DNA of 64,000 bases from Eledone cirrhosa (lineage: Eukaryota), in NCBI GenBank assembly GCA_964016885.1, contig OZ024758.1, forward strand, positions 32,426,001-32,490,000, read 5' to 3'. A model generated the notes under the pieces. That model was not told where the DNA came from and made no database searches. It worked only from the letters and a program-made list of their open reading frames with translations. Of the stretch, positions 38,986 through 51,094 are shown piece by piece. Positions within the stretch are counted from its first letter, which is position 1, and each line of letters begins with the position of its first letter. The translations under genes and the position numbers were made by a program.

Positions 38986-40006
38986 TGTCCTGTACTGAAA
39001 TGAAACTGCATTAGCAAAATATTCTTTTAAAAGTATAAAAAAAGAACAATCACATTAAAAATTAAAATCTTTACTCTAAAACTGCAAATTTTCGTAATGA
39101 TTGGAGACTTTTTCTTTATTTAAACCGTATGGAAATTTTGTTGACAGGATCTAGTTGGAACTCCTCTCTGTTACCTCAGCTTTCAAATATTTCTGTTATC
39201 AAAGTTATAGCTAATATATTATACAGTATTTAAAAGAAATGTTGCCAATGTAAGTAGAAACTTCTAAAAGCTACAGATGTAAAAGAATTGACATGAGGAA
39301 GTGCATCTGGCTGTAAAACATTGCCTCAATAAAGAAGATGATGATGATAACTGGAGCTAAAGTCCTGTAAAAGTCATGGCTAAATTATTTTATGCGAACA
39401 TCTATATAAAGGTTCATAATAAGACATCATGAGGAACAGTTCAGCAAATTTTGTGGGGAAGGGGAATTGTCATGCAACTTCAATAAATGTAAATTCTGGC
39501 ACACTTATATCCTTGATATGTAATTCTTGATCCACTGTCTAGATCCATGTTTGATTTATGATTCAAATTCAGTTCAACATAACTGAATCAATGGAGTCAG
39601 ATAGAAAACAGAATATGTTTTATATATTAAACAAAAAAAATGTTTAACCTGTTGACTGCTGCATATATTTTACACAGCTACAGTTGCTGTGCCGCTTTTT
39701 TTCTTCTTCAGTAAAATGACTATTTTTTAAACAAACATTTATCAACAACACATATCTGAATGATTGACAAATGTCACATCAATAAACTAGTAATCCCCTC
39801 TAGCTTTGAAGTGATGAACTATTGGAAACGAGTTCAAACATGTTAGGACAAGTTATTTCATCAACAGTACTGAAGAGGTCAAGTCATTATTTTCTATTGT
39901 GATACTATATGGGAAGTTACAAATGCAAAATTCAATTCCCCAAACCCCACCATCTCCTTGCCTGCTGGCTTTTGAGCATACTGAAAGAGTAGAGTTCTTT
40001 ACTTAC

Positions 40007-40296
40007 TTGCCATCTGATCAAGATCAGACTTCTGTAACGTTAATGCTTCTTCAGACTCTGTAGGTACCCTGTGCAATTTCTCATCCAAATCAACTTCACT
40101 TCCTGCCTGTCTGCGCATTAACAAGTCTTGCATTCGAAAATGCTCATGATGCCGGTGATGGTGGCCATGATGATGTCCATGATGTTCATGATGATGATGA
40201 CCATGTTTGTGCTTGTGACCTTTGCCCTCTTTATCACTGATTTTGTCTTTTGCCTTATCACGAGCTGGAGACATTTCTGGTGTTTTGTGTTTGAAA
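40007..40296 (-). CDS. SLC4A2: SLC4 anion exchanger (AE2-like), coding exon 5 (poly-His)
   Basis: cttcccttag|...|gtaagt; ends PTESEEALTLQKSDLDQMA, similar to AE2 EA..L..ADLDLMK; phase 2-1. Confidence 0.92.
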
Positions 40297-40323
40297 CTAA
40301 GGGAAGTAGAAAATATAACTTAA

Positions 40324-40431
40324 CCTTCTAGAGGCTGAATTATTTTATGAATTGCTTCCCTTGATACTGTATTATGTATTAAGGGGAGATTACTCTACCG
40401 GCGTATTCAGTTGCCCGCAGTGCTAAGGGGG
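40324..40431. mobile_element. Short TTAA-flanked MITE (inverted copy at 50099-50196)
   Basis: TTAA-CC...GG-TTAA; shared core GCTTCCCTTGA..TGTATTATGTATTAAGGGGAGATTACTCT. Confidence 0.65.
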
Positions 40432-41002
40432 TTAACAATACTATAAGAAACATGCATAGGGTCATTTTAAATAATAATGGTTTCTGATTTAGGCACAAAG
40501 CCAAGAATTTTTTTGGGAGGGGGTTAGTCGATTAAATCTACGCCCAGTGCATTACTGGTACTTTATTTTATCGGCCCTGTAAGGATAGAAGGCAAAGCTA
40601 ACCTTGGTGGTGTTTGAACTCAGAAAATAAAGGGATGTAACTATATGCCACAAAACCTTTGTCCGACACTCTACCATTACTGTCAATCCACCACCCATTC
40701 CACCATGATAATAATGGTCTCTAATTTCGGCACAAAGCCAAGAATTTGGGAGGAGGGGGGCTGGGAAAGTTGATTAAACCTACCTTAGTACAATACTGGT
40801 ACTTTATTTTATCCACCCCATAAGGATGAAAGGTAAAAATAACCTCATAATACAATGAACAATCAATAAATATTGGTTTCAAAAATTGATCAAAATTACT
40901 TCATTAAATTCTGAATTATGAGTAGAAATGAGTATAGAAATTGAAAGAAAGATATTTTGAACATGTGTTCTCTACTATTTAAACTATATATAATGAATTA
41001 AT

Positions 41003-41503
41003 TATCCCACAAATAAACACATTTATTAACTATCCCTTAAATAAACACATTTATTAACTATCCCTCAAATAAATATATTTATTAACTATCCCTTAAATAA
41101 ACACATTTATTAACTATCCCTTAAATAAACACATTTATTAACTATCCCTTAAATAAACACATTTATCAACTATCCCACAAATAAACACATTTATTAACTA
41201 TCCCTTAAATAAACACATTTATTAACTATCCCTCAAATAACTACATTTATTAACTATCCCTTAAATAAATACATTTATTAACCATCCCTTAAATAAACAC
41301 ATTTATTAACTATCCCTTAAATAAACACATTTATTAACTATCCCTTAAATAAACACATTTATTAACTATCCCTTAAATAAACACATTTATTAACCATCCC
41401 TTAAATAAACACATTTATTAACTATCCCTTAAATAAACACATTTATTAACTATCCCACAAATAAACACATTTATTAACTATCCCTCAAATAAACACATTG
41501 ATT
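41003..41503. repeat. 28-bp minisatellite, ~18 copies (TATCCCTTAAATAAACACATTTATTAAC)
   Basis: Directly visible tandem array. Confidence 0.97.
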
Positions 41504-43114
41504 ATCACAAAAAGTCAATCAATGTATGTTAGTGCAGGACAAAAGCTTTCAGAATTTAAACAAATTTAAAAATAAAATAAAACTATATTAATGGACTAGA
41601 AAATGTTGCTCTACATTATAACATTAAGAAAATGTTTTATATTGCTATTAAGAAGGCATTAAATAAATGTATTAGTAGATGATAAAAGCATATATTTTCA
41701 TGGAGAATAATATTTCACACATCAAATAAATATAAAGGACTGGCAAATGGATTTAATATTGAATTTATCAGTGAAGGGTCATATATTGATAAGACAAATA
41801 AACAAAATACTTTCACCATTCCTAACATTTATATTATTGAAGTTCTGTGATGTCAATGATCTGACTTAAACCACCCAGCCATTGATAATTTATAAGTCAG
41901 GTGAGCACACTAACCAGATAGATTTTATTCTCACCAGAAGTTGATTGTAAACACAATCAGAAGGTGGCTGTAAACAAAAGTCGCTTTCTGGTGAGGAGTG
42001 CACCTTCTAACATAACTTAGTAATTGGAAACTCTAGAGTTAGAGCTGCAGAAACTCAGGGACAGAAAACAATTTGGAGGAGCAGGACATCTAAGGAAGCT
42101 CTTGACTGGTTACAAATTCAAGGGTGTCCTGCTTGATGCTTTTGACAGTAAGGAAGAGAAGAGACAAGAGTGGGAGTTTCTGAGAGAAGACAGTCTGCTG
42201 AAGGCCACATAAATGATCTGTGGTCAGAGTAAGGTTACAAGATGAAAGAGTGTGACTTGGTGGTGGAATAGTAGAGTGGATGAGTCAATTAAAGTTAAAA
42301 AACAAGCTTAGATAGACTGGTAGAATGAAGGAAGCAGAGAACAATACCAAAAGGCTAGAGAAGAAGGTAGGCATAAAACAGAGATGGTGATGATGATGGT
42401 GAGGATGATTAATGTTATAACTTAGGGGACATATTTGAAGAGTATAGATAAAATAAAGAACTAGTATTTATTTTCATTGTTGCTATAATTAATAAACTTT
42501 TGCCAGAAATTAAAGAGAATGTTGGACATGACATTTTTATGACACTTCAGTTCTAACAAAATTGCAATTTGCTTTATTTGACACACAGAACGACATGCTT
42601 ATACAATATAATAAATATTCTTATTTCAAAATATAGTTGCTACAATGCAGATAACTATAACAATAGTCAATAACTGTAGATAATTATTTCTTTATTATTT
42701 ATTTAGAACAATTATTTCTTTATAATTCATTCACTTAACGAGTGGGGTGGAGCTTGTCAAATTGGGCCGAGGAAACAATGTTTCCATTGGTCTTTCCAAT
42801 TGCTAATACTATCTGCCGGTCACAAATCCAGGCAGAAAGAACAACATGAAATAAAGTGTCTTGCTCAAGGACATAACGCATTGCCCGGTCCAGGAGTTGA
42901 AATCACAACCACACAATTGCAAACCCAATTCTCTAACCACTCAGCCATGTGCTTTCATTGTAAATAATAGTTGAATAAAGTACTCCTAGAGATGGAGAGA
43001 GTGAATAGAGACTGTATCTTCAAATTACCCAATGATTTGTAAGTCAACAAAGTCTTGTTTAAATGTTTATATATTTTTTAAATTGTTTGGATTATAGAAA
43101 TAGTTTACAATATA

Positions 43115-43327
43115 CCATATATACTTGAATATAAGCAGATCCAAATATAAGCTGACCCCCATTTTCCTATTTTATGTCTGAGAAATGGGCACAAATCCAA
43201 ACCTCATTTATAAGCTGAGGCAGCTAATCAACACATTATGTTTAGATGACATATATAAGCCGATCCCCACATTTTAGTAGTTAATTTTTTGTCACATATT
43301 GCTCAACTTATGTTCGAGTATATACAG
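43115..43327. mobile_element. Tc1/mariner-pogo type MITE (second copy 49462-49652)
   Basis: TA-flanked imperfect TIRs CCATATATACTTGAATATAAG / CTTATGTTCGAGTATATACAG. Confidence 0.7.
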
Positions 43328-43385
43328 TAATTATTTTGTAAAAATTGGAGGAATATAAACATTGAAATAAGAGTTAATAGTATAC

Positions 43386-43500
43386 CTTGGTGCAGATGAA
43401 GAGGCAGATGGTGTAGTCTGTTTCATTAACCCTCCTTTACTGACATCTGAATCTGTCCTTTTAACCCACAATAAATCTTCTTGACTGGCCTCCTCTTCTC
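43386..43500 (-). CDS. SLC4A2: SLC4 anion exchanger (AE2-like), coding exon 4
   Basis: atttcag|...AG|gtata; open as GEEEASQEDLLWVKRTDSDVSKGGLMKQTTPSASSSAP; phase 1-2 exactly bridges exons 3 and 5. Confidence 0.82.
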
Positions 43501-44571
43501 CTGAAATACCATTATTGGATTATAGAAGATTTTTCAATCATAAAATATATTGTGATCAATATTACATGTCTAGAAATTATAATAAAATTCTCAAAGCAAA
43601 GCATCTCATTAAATAATGATAAACAAAAAGAAAGCTGTTTCTTAATTAGTTTTTCATTTAGTAAATCTTATTAGAGGAATTTCAGAGTTATCTTTTCACA
43701 AATATATCTCTCACTACAGAATATAAAGAACGAGATTGAGGCAGAATCATATTCTTTGCCCATTGATAATAAAATTCAATAAAGTAAACACAGAATTCAC
43801 CAAGGAAATCTTCTTTGCAAAATAGGATTTTTTTAAATATTACTTTTTATTCTAACATAAACATGACTTTAATAGGTTTTGAAATAAGTAAATGCTATTT
43901 ATTTTAAAATAAATAAATGCATGTACATAAGCACATTATTTTAAAAAAAGTATTTTTTTACCACAAATAATTGAAGAAATCATAGATATATATAAAATAT
44001 GTTTGGAAAGGTTTGAAAGAAAAGTAGAACATTTTTAAATCTAAAAGATGCAGGGCTCAAGACCAATGCATGTGTATCTAAACTGGTTGTAAAGAATGTA
44101 ACATGTGATATATAAACATTGTTGTGTTGAAAATTGAGACAAAGTGTTAGTTGAAAACAAAGGACAGAAATCAATATTTTTTTACTTGTCTGCTGTCATT
44201 GACATTATTTGGCTGTTTTAACAGCCATTCTTGCAGTTTTCAAATTATTTCTATGAATTTCAAATACACTAACACTTCATCTCAATTTTCAAGATATCAT
44301 ATATATTATATATTACTTTTTTTACAACCAGTATTGGTCATGGGCACTGCATCTTTTTTTTTATAAAAGAAATGTGCTACTTTTCTTTCATACCTTTCCA
44401 TACATATTATATATATTAGAAGAATATATGGTCCCTCATTTACAAATAAAATAGTATTAGGTTTCTGAGTGTAAACTTTAAAATGAGTTCTCAAAGTTTA
44501 AGCAATCTTAATTATCTGTAATTTCATCAACACAGTCCACAAAATTGTTGAATATAAAAAAAAAAACTAAC

Positions 44572-44965
44572 CTAACTGAAAGTTTACTTTAAGAGATGGT
44601 TGACTGCCTCTCATTTCATCTGTCTCCTCTAATGATAGTCGTGGATGAGCTGCTTGTTCAGAGGGTCGAGGTGCTTCATCAATTTCAAACATCGATGTTG
44701 GCTCGGGTGAGCCAGAGGCTTGACGATTGAATTTTTGTGCAGCAACAGACTTGGAAGATGCATATGATTCAATTGATGGTTGATGCCTCATCAAAAGAGG
44801 TGAATCTTCAAATGAAGTTTGCAAAGATGCTACATCTGCACCACGATCACCTTCACCAATGTAGAAACCAACAGCCAATTCAGGAATATCAGCCTGTGAA
44901 TCTTGCATTTCAATTGAATACATATTGGAAGCCATATCAAAATCTGCATCATCAGAATCAATATC
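44572..44965 (-). CDS. SLC4A2: SLC4 anion exchanger (AE2-like), coding exon 3
   Basis: cctttgcag|GAT...TTA G|gttag; acidic disordered segment with VGFYIGE and KVNFQLG motifs; phase 0-1. Confidence 0.87.
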
Positions 44966-46282
44966 CTGCAAAGGGGCAAAAAATGTCATATTTAAGAGAT
45001 ACAATGAGGTAATTCATGTGTGGGATAAAAAAATAGTTATCATACTTAGAAACTTTGCAGTATATAATAAATATAACTAAATTAAAATGAAATTCTAGAG
45101 TTATCTAAGAAATATTTACAATATATTTGAGGGTCAACTGAAAAGTTCTTCCCTCATAGCAAAAGTTGGATGAGTTTTCACTGACCGATTGATGCAGCAA
45201 TTCTGTTTAATTCTATATATGACCCAATGTCAAGAGGGTCAGCTGAAAGGTTCATAGGCTGTGAAATCTTGCATGCATTAATTTCAACTCTTCTAAATAA
45301 CTGCATTGTTTCTTTCCAGGGACTAAGTTGAAAAATAAACCTCATTTGGTCATTCCATGAGAGTATCTTAGTCAGCCTATGAACTTCTCAGTAGACACTC
45401 GTACGTACATATATTACACTAGGAATTTGTTTATCAATTCATCAAACCAACAAAATATTATAGCAATGGTGGAATTATTGGTGAGAAATATTTATTAATA
45501 GTTAACTCACATCATTAAATCTATTGAAAAATGTCAAACAGAAATTGATGTTTTCTTCTAAGAATCTATTTGCCTTTTTAAGAATATGATCACAAATACA
45601 ATCAGTCAAAATGAGGTTTCCCTGAAGGGTCTATGAAGTAACATTACTCGATAGAGGGGTTAGCTTGGAGATCAGAAAGTCACTCCATGTAGAGCCACTA
45701 CTTCTCCAAATTGAGAGATCATAGCTCTGATATTAGAAACATGTAGTGGTTAAAATGTTTCAGGAAAGAATCACTGGACAAATTTTATGGCCAAAACCAA
45801 CCAGCAGGAAACCAATAGGCAGGAGACCCTGAGAAAGATGATTGGAGATAGTTGCTTCTGAAAGGACCCACTGGAAGGCTTGTTTGAGAACCCTGCCCCT
45901 ACAACCCTCCCAGGAATAAGTGGATGGAGGAGGAGGAGGAGGTGGAAGAAGAAGATGAATGAATCCACCTCAAAATGCATATACAAAAGTGTTCATAATT
46001 AAATTAAAATCTTTATGAAAATATCTTAATAACATGAAGGATAACACGACAGTTCGGTATTTCAAAAGCATGTTAATAAACCAATAGATAAAGTTAGAGA
46101 TATTTCCCCAACTTCTTCCAAAACCTTGAATATGCTAAAAATAAAGAGAAGTATGAAGACATTAACAACATTTGAAATATAGCCAAGAAAGAACTTTTTT
46201 CTTTCCTTTGGATAAGAATAAATAAATGACATTTTATACATTTCTAGGAACGTTAGTTAAAACACATTGGTTTGAAATTCAC

Positions 46283-46470
46283 CTCTTGATATTCTTCAAC
46301 ATCTACTTCAGGAATAACTGGTGACTGAGCAGCTATTTTGGATGGAAAACTTCTGGCTCCCTGAAATTTCTTTTTCACTTTTCTTTTTATTCCTTTCATA
46401 GATTTGAATGAGCGGCTGGTCATTGATTTCAATGGATGGTGGACGTGGGGAAAAGACATTCGGCGATGGT
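46283..46470 (-). CDS. SLC4A2: SLC4 anion exchanger (AE2-like), coding exon 2
   Basis: aatacag|...GAG|gtgaa; NHRRMSFPHVHHPL matches AE2 YHRQSSHHIHHPL; phase 1-0. Confidence 0.92.
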
Positions 46471-47439
46471 CTGTATTATAGAGAAAATACATAAATGGTG
46501 GATAATAAAAGTATGTGACTGTTTTAAAACCAAGGAAGATAAAGAAAGTAAATACAGTCATCATCATCATCACCACCACAATCATTTAATGCTTGTTTTC
46601 CTTGCAAACATATATAGTTATTTAGATAAGATGCTTTTATATTCCTTTTAGAAAAACAGTTCAGAATATTGATTTTAAAAAAAAAATATTTTATTTATGC
46701 AAAATGTAAAAATAATTTTTCAATTAGGATCGAAAAATAAAATATATAATTTCATTAAATAATCTCAACAGAGGCAATTTCAAATTTTAATTCCTTTCTA
46801 ATTCTTTTTTTTTTATGGAAACCAATGACTTTCTTCATTAAATTAGAAGCAATATAGAAAAAATGGTGATATTTTAATACAATAATTGGTAATATCTCAA
46901 CAGAAACCCACTAATCAAATAATAACAACAGCACCATTAATAAACTTAAAGAAATAAAGAAAGAAATATTTTCCTGATTATTATTAGTTGTATGTTTTTT
47001 TTCATTGGGTTCAGAGCAGAATTAAAGAAAATAATTATGATTTAAAATGATAAATACTGAAGAATCTAGTTTCTAGGTTTCTAAAATAGGAAAACCTTAC
47101 AAATGAAAAAGACGCTTCATTCAAGTAAGATCTAACAGGTAGTAGCATAACAGAGATGTAACAATGTGAACAAAAGCAATCAAAGACTGGAAGATTGAGC
47201 AGTCTTTTGATATAATATAGATAATGAATGATTCAACAATTATTACGTAAAGTGTTACAAACTTTACATTGAGTGATATACATTAAACAGGATGATAATA
47301 ATGAGAAGATTATATAATGGAGACTAAGATCATCATCATCATCGTTTATATAATTATATTATAAGCAATAAAATACTGGATTTAGGCAAAGGTAATTTCA
47401 TTTTGAATTAAAACAAAGTATAGGCCAAAGTATATTCCC

Positions 47440-48135
47440 CTTTGGTCATGACTGATCGTAGGTTTTCACCTAGAAAATTCCCCTGAGCGAGGTATTTTTG
47501 TGGAAGATCAGCAGTCGCCTATGACAGTCTACTCTCCTCACCGCCAATATTGTCCAAAGGAAAAAAACCTAAAGCTGTTACAGCTTGGCACCAGTGATGT
47601 CACGATTCATTTTTTCCAGCTGAGTGAACTGAGGCAACATGAAATAAAGTGTCTTGCTTAAGTACACAATGCACTACCTAGTCCAGAAATTGAACTCAGA
47701 ACCTCAGACTTGTGAGTCCAACAATATAACCACTAAGACACACACCTTTACAAAAGCAAAAGAGAAATTTGCACCATTATTATTTATGATGTTGTGTTGT
47801 GTAATGAAGGTGCATGGCTTAGTAGTTAGAGTGTTTGGGTTACAATTTGAGGTTGTGAATTTGATTCTTAGACTGAGTGATGCATTGTATCCTTGAGCAA
47901 AACACTTTATTTCACATTGCTCCAGTTTTCTCTACTGTAGAAATGAGTTGCGACATCACTGGTACCAAGCGGTATCAGTCATTGTCTTTAACTTTGACAA
48001 CATCGGTGGTGTGGAGAGAGGAGACTGGTATGCATGGGTGACTAATGGTCTTCCACAAACAACCTTGCCCAGACTTGTGCTTCGGAGGGGAAATTTCTAG
48101 GTGCAAATCTCATGGTCACTCGTGAACAAAAGGGA
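47440..48135. mobile_element. Head-to-head inverted pair of older CORE-like SINEs (~47440-47750 minus; ~47805-48135 plus)
   Basis: Both have a tRNA head, CORE-like block and the same 3' body, in opposite orientation. Confidence 0.75.
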
Positions 48136-48164
48136 TCTGTAGAACAGTCACAAAAAGCAAAGTA

Positions 48165-48489
48165 CAGTAGAACCTCATCGTGAACAAATCAGTTCATGAA
48201 CAATTTTTCCGCACATAAAACACCTTGGTTCATGAATAGTGTCTCAAGTAACAAACACACAAGCCAGCAATAACGGTTGGCAACAAGCTGGGAGTATTGG
48301 CAGGAAAGCCCCACTTGATGTGTAGTTAGTTACAATAGTGATATCTATTTGTCTTTTACACACAATCACTATCTCTCACTGTATTTCTTTCTCAACATTT
48401 CATATGGGAAAAACAGTTTTGGTTTACGAACATTTTGGGTGACAATGGCCTTCAGGAACAAATTAAGTTTGTGAACCAAGGTTCCACTG
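48165..48489. mobile_element. Tigger/pogo-like MITE (second copy 55450-55772)
   Basis: TA-CAGTAGAACCTC...GGTTCCACTG-TA. Confidence 0.8.
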
Positions 48490-48569
48490 TATTTGTTATC
48501 TATAGTTTGACTGAATCAATTTGCTAAAATATTAATAGCAATATCACACCTGTAGTAGAGATTATTTAA

Positions 48570-49393
48570 CCCTTTAGCATTTAAAATGGCGCTACGCAGT
48601 AATACAGAAGACCCGCCTTCCCTTCGTACAAAGTTAAACCTACAGTCAGTAGGCACCTCTTAACTAAATATACACCCCAACTCACTACTCCTACTCCAGC
48701 CTACAACTCCCAGCAACACCACCCTTTCTCTGTAAAGTCCTGTTGGTACCACAACATCCAGTAAAATCTAAAGAGGTCATGTAGGTGTCATGACAAAAAG
48801 CACCCAGTCCACGCTGTAAAGTGGTCATGTAGGAGACACGGTAAAAAGGCTCCCAGTCCACATTGTAAATCTGGTTGGTGTTAGGAAGGGCATCCAGCCA
48901 TTGAAAACCTACCAGATACAGTCCTATATGGGCAAGACACGGTCACCCGATCAATTTTGCCTCAAGTGGGACATTCCCATCTAACCCATGCTAACATTGA
49001 AGATAAACATTAAACAATGATGATTATGAAAATTGGCAGTATCGGTAGAGGGTCGGACGCCATGCTTTCTAGCATAGTTATGTCCCTTTACAGTCTGAGT
49101 TCAAATACTGCTGAGGTTAACTTTGCTTTCATCCTTACGGGGGTCGATAAAATAAAGTACCAGTAATGTACTGGGTAATTGCTGGCCTTGTGCCTAAAAG
49201 TAGAAACAATTATGATAATATCCAACCAGAATTCTTTCACCTCTTTCTGTTCAAACCAGCCATAACTGGCCACTCAAAATAAATGTTCTCAAAATAAATA
49301 ACATCAAAATCTCGTAAATTCGATATTATGTGAGGTAAAGCCTTTACTGTGAAAATACAGTAGTATATATAAAATAAAGTAAATGTTAAAGGG
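48570..49393. mobile_element. TTAA MITE with nested RTE 3' fragment (~48588-49025) and family B SINE (~49032-49212)
   Basis: TTAA-CCCTTTAGCATTTA...TAAATGTTAAAGGG-TTAA interrupted by two retroelements. Confidence 0.8.
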
Positions 49394-50778
49394 TTAAGCA
49401 AGTGGATAGTAATAAAGACTCCAGGATATTTTACTTTATCTATTCATAATCCAATTATTTACTGTATATACTCAAATATAAACAGACCCTTCTATTTTAT
49501 GTCTGAAAAATGGGCAAAAATCTAAACCCCATTTATAAGCCAAGGCAACTAATGAACATATTGTTTAGATGGTGAATATAAACCGACCCCCACCAATTTA
49601 ACCATTGATATTTTGGTCACATATTCCTTGGCTTATATTCGAGTATATGTGGTAATTCGTCTTATAGACTTGTGCCCTTTCATTCATGTACATTACATAT
49701 CCAACAAAGTATGCATGCTACATTTCTTTTTAGCCACCACAAATTGGGACTGCTTCTTACTTACAGAGCTAAAGACTTCTTGACATGTTTTTTTGATAAG
49801 ATCCCTATGGTTGGCTGCTCTTCTATCACAATCTACTTGACAGAGTATACTAGGTGCATTTACCATGTAGATCACCAACACTAGAGAGGTTGTTGTGCAC
49901 TGGACACAACTAAAGAGTCCTCTTGATGTTTTTTTGCATGGTTTCTACAGTTTGACACCATTCCTAACACCAACTACATTTACAAGGTGATATTATAGTG
50001 GGGCATGGAGCACAACATTTAAGAACCACTACTCTACATACTAGAAATATTAGCCCAACCACCTTTAAACTTCACTTTATCCTATAACTTCACTTTAACC
50101 TATAACACGCTGTTGATGACAAAAGAGTAATCTCCCCTTAATACATAATACATTGTCAAGGGAAGCAATACATAAAAAAATTCAGCGTGCTAAAGGTTAA
50201 AAAAGGACACACTGGAAAATGTAGTCCTTGCTATGCAAAATAAGATGGTCATAGCTAGAATGAATAAATACCATAAAAAATAGTAGTTTGGTCCTAAACA
50301 AAAACAACTTAATGACCTAAAATAATGTTTTGGAACATTCCAATAATAGTTGCTGAAGTAATGGTTTAAGGGGTTCAAATTTAAATATAGCTTCTATACA
50401 CAACAATGCAGTTTTTTGTTTCAGCCAACATAGTTGAAAATGGATATCATTTAATGTTTGTGGTCAAGTGATTCCTTATAGGAAGGTTATCCATCTACAA
50501 AAATATTTATTTCCCAAATCCATATACAAATACCTTATATTTATAATATAAGATACCTGATGAATTTAAGCAACGAGAACTGATCAGTAAATGTTATACA
50601 AAGTAATGTATGGCCGTGCCCCAGCATGACTTCAGCCTGGAACGTGTAATAGAATAATAGAGTAACTAAGAGGAATGTGATCAATGGAGAATATGTTTGA
50701 AGAGAGTCAGTTGTGCAACAACAAAAGAAAAAGAGGGTTATGATAAAGTGACATAGCATTTAAAATAAACAATCTTAC

Positions 50779-51094
50779 TTTTATAATCATCTTCTCCAAA
50801 CCGGTGCTGATCTTTACAGACTTCTCCTGTTGATAGAGAATCAATGTTGAATCGTGGTGGAGTTTCAAATATTTTTTCCACCTCATCATGCAGTGTGGAG
50901 ATATGGCCCATGCAAGCACCCCGGTCCATTGCAGAAATATGTGAGATTAGTGGTTGTAATTCCACTTCTTCCTGATTTACTGGGTTCTCCTTAACAGAAC
51001 CTACTCCTGGAGCTTCATTGAGGGCTGTGTCAGACAGAGTTGACTCGGGATGGCTACCGAGTCCAACTTTGAGGCAGCCATCCTCCATTTCATC
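50779..51094 (-). CDS. SLC4A2: SLC4 anion exchanger (AE2-like), first coding exon found
   Basis: ctgttgcag|GAT GAA ATG...AAA A|gtaag; ends RFGEDDYK, similar to AE2 GEEDFEY; in-frame ATG at 51088 may be the start. Confidence 0.88.

Noticed and set aside
28728-41503. CRISPR-like arrays (33-bp, variable-unit and 28-bp repeats)
   Set aside because: No unique spacers, no cas genes, eukaryotic context.
42024-42400. 62-aa ORF as a gene
   Set aside because: Looks like the antisense strand of a decayed LINE 3' end; too degraded to classify.
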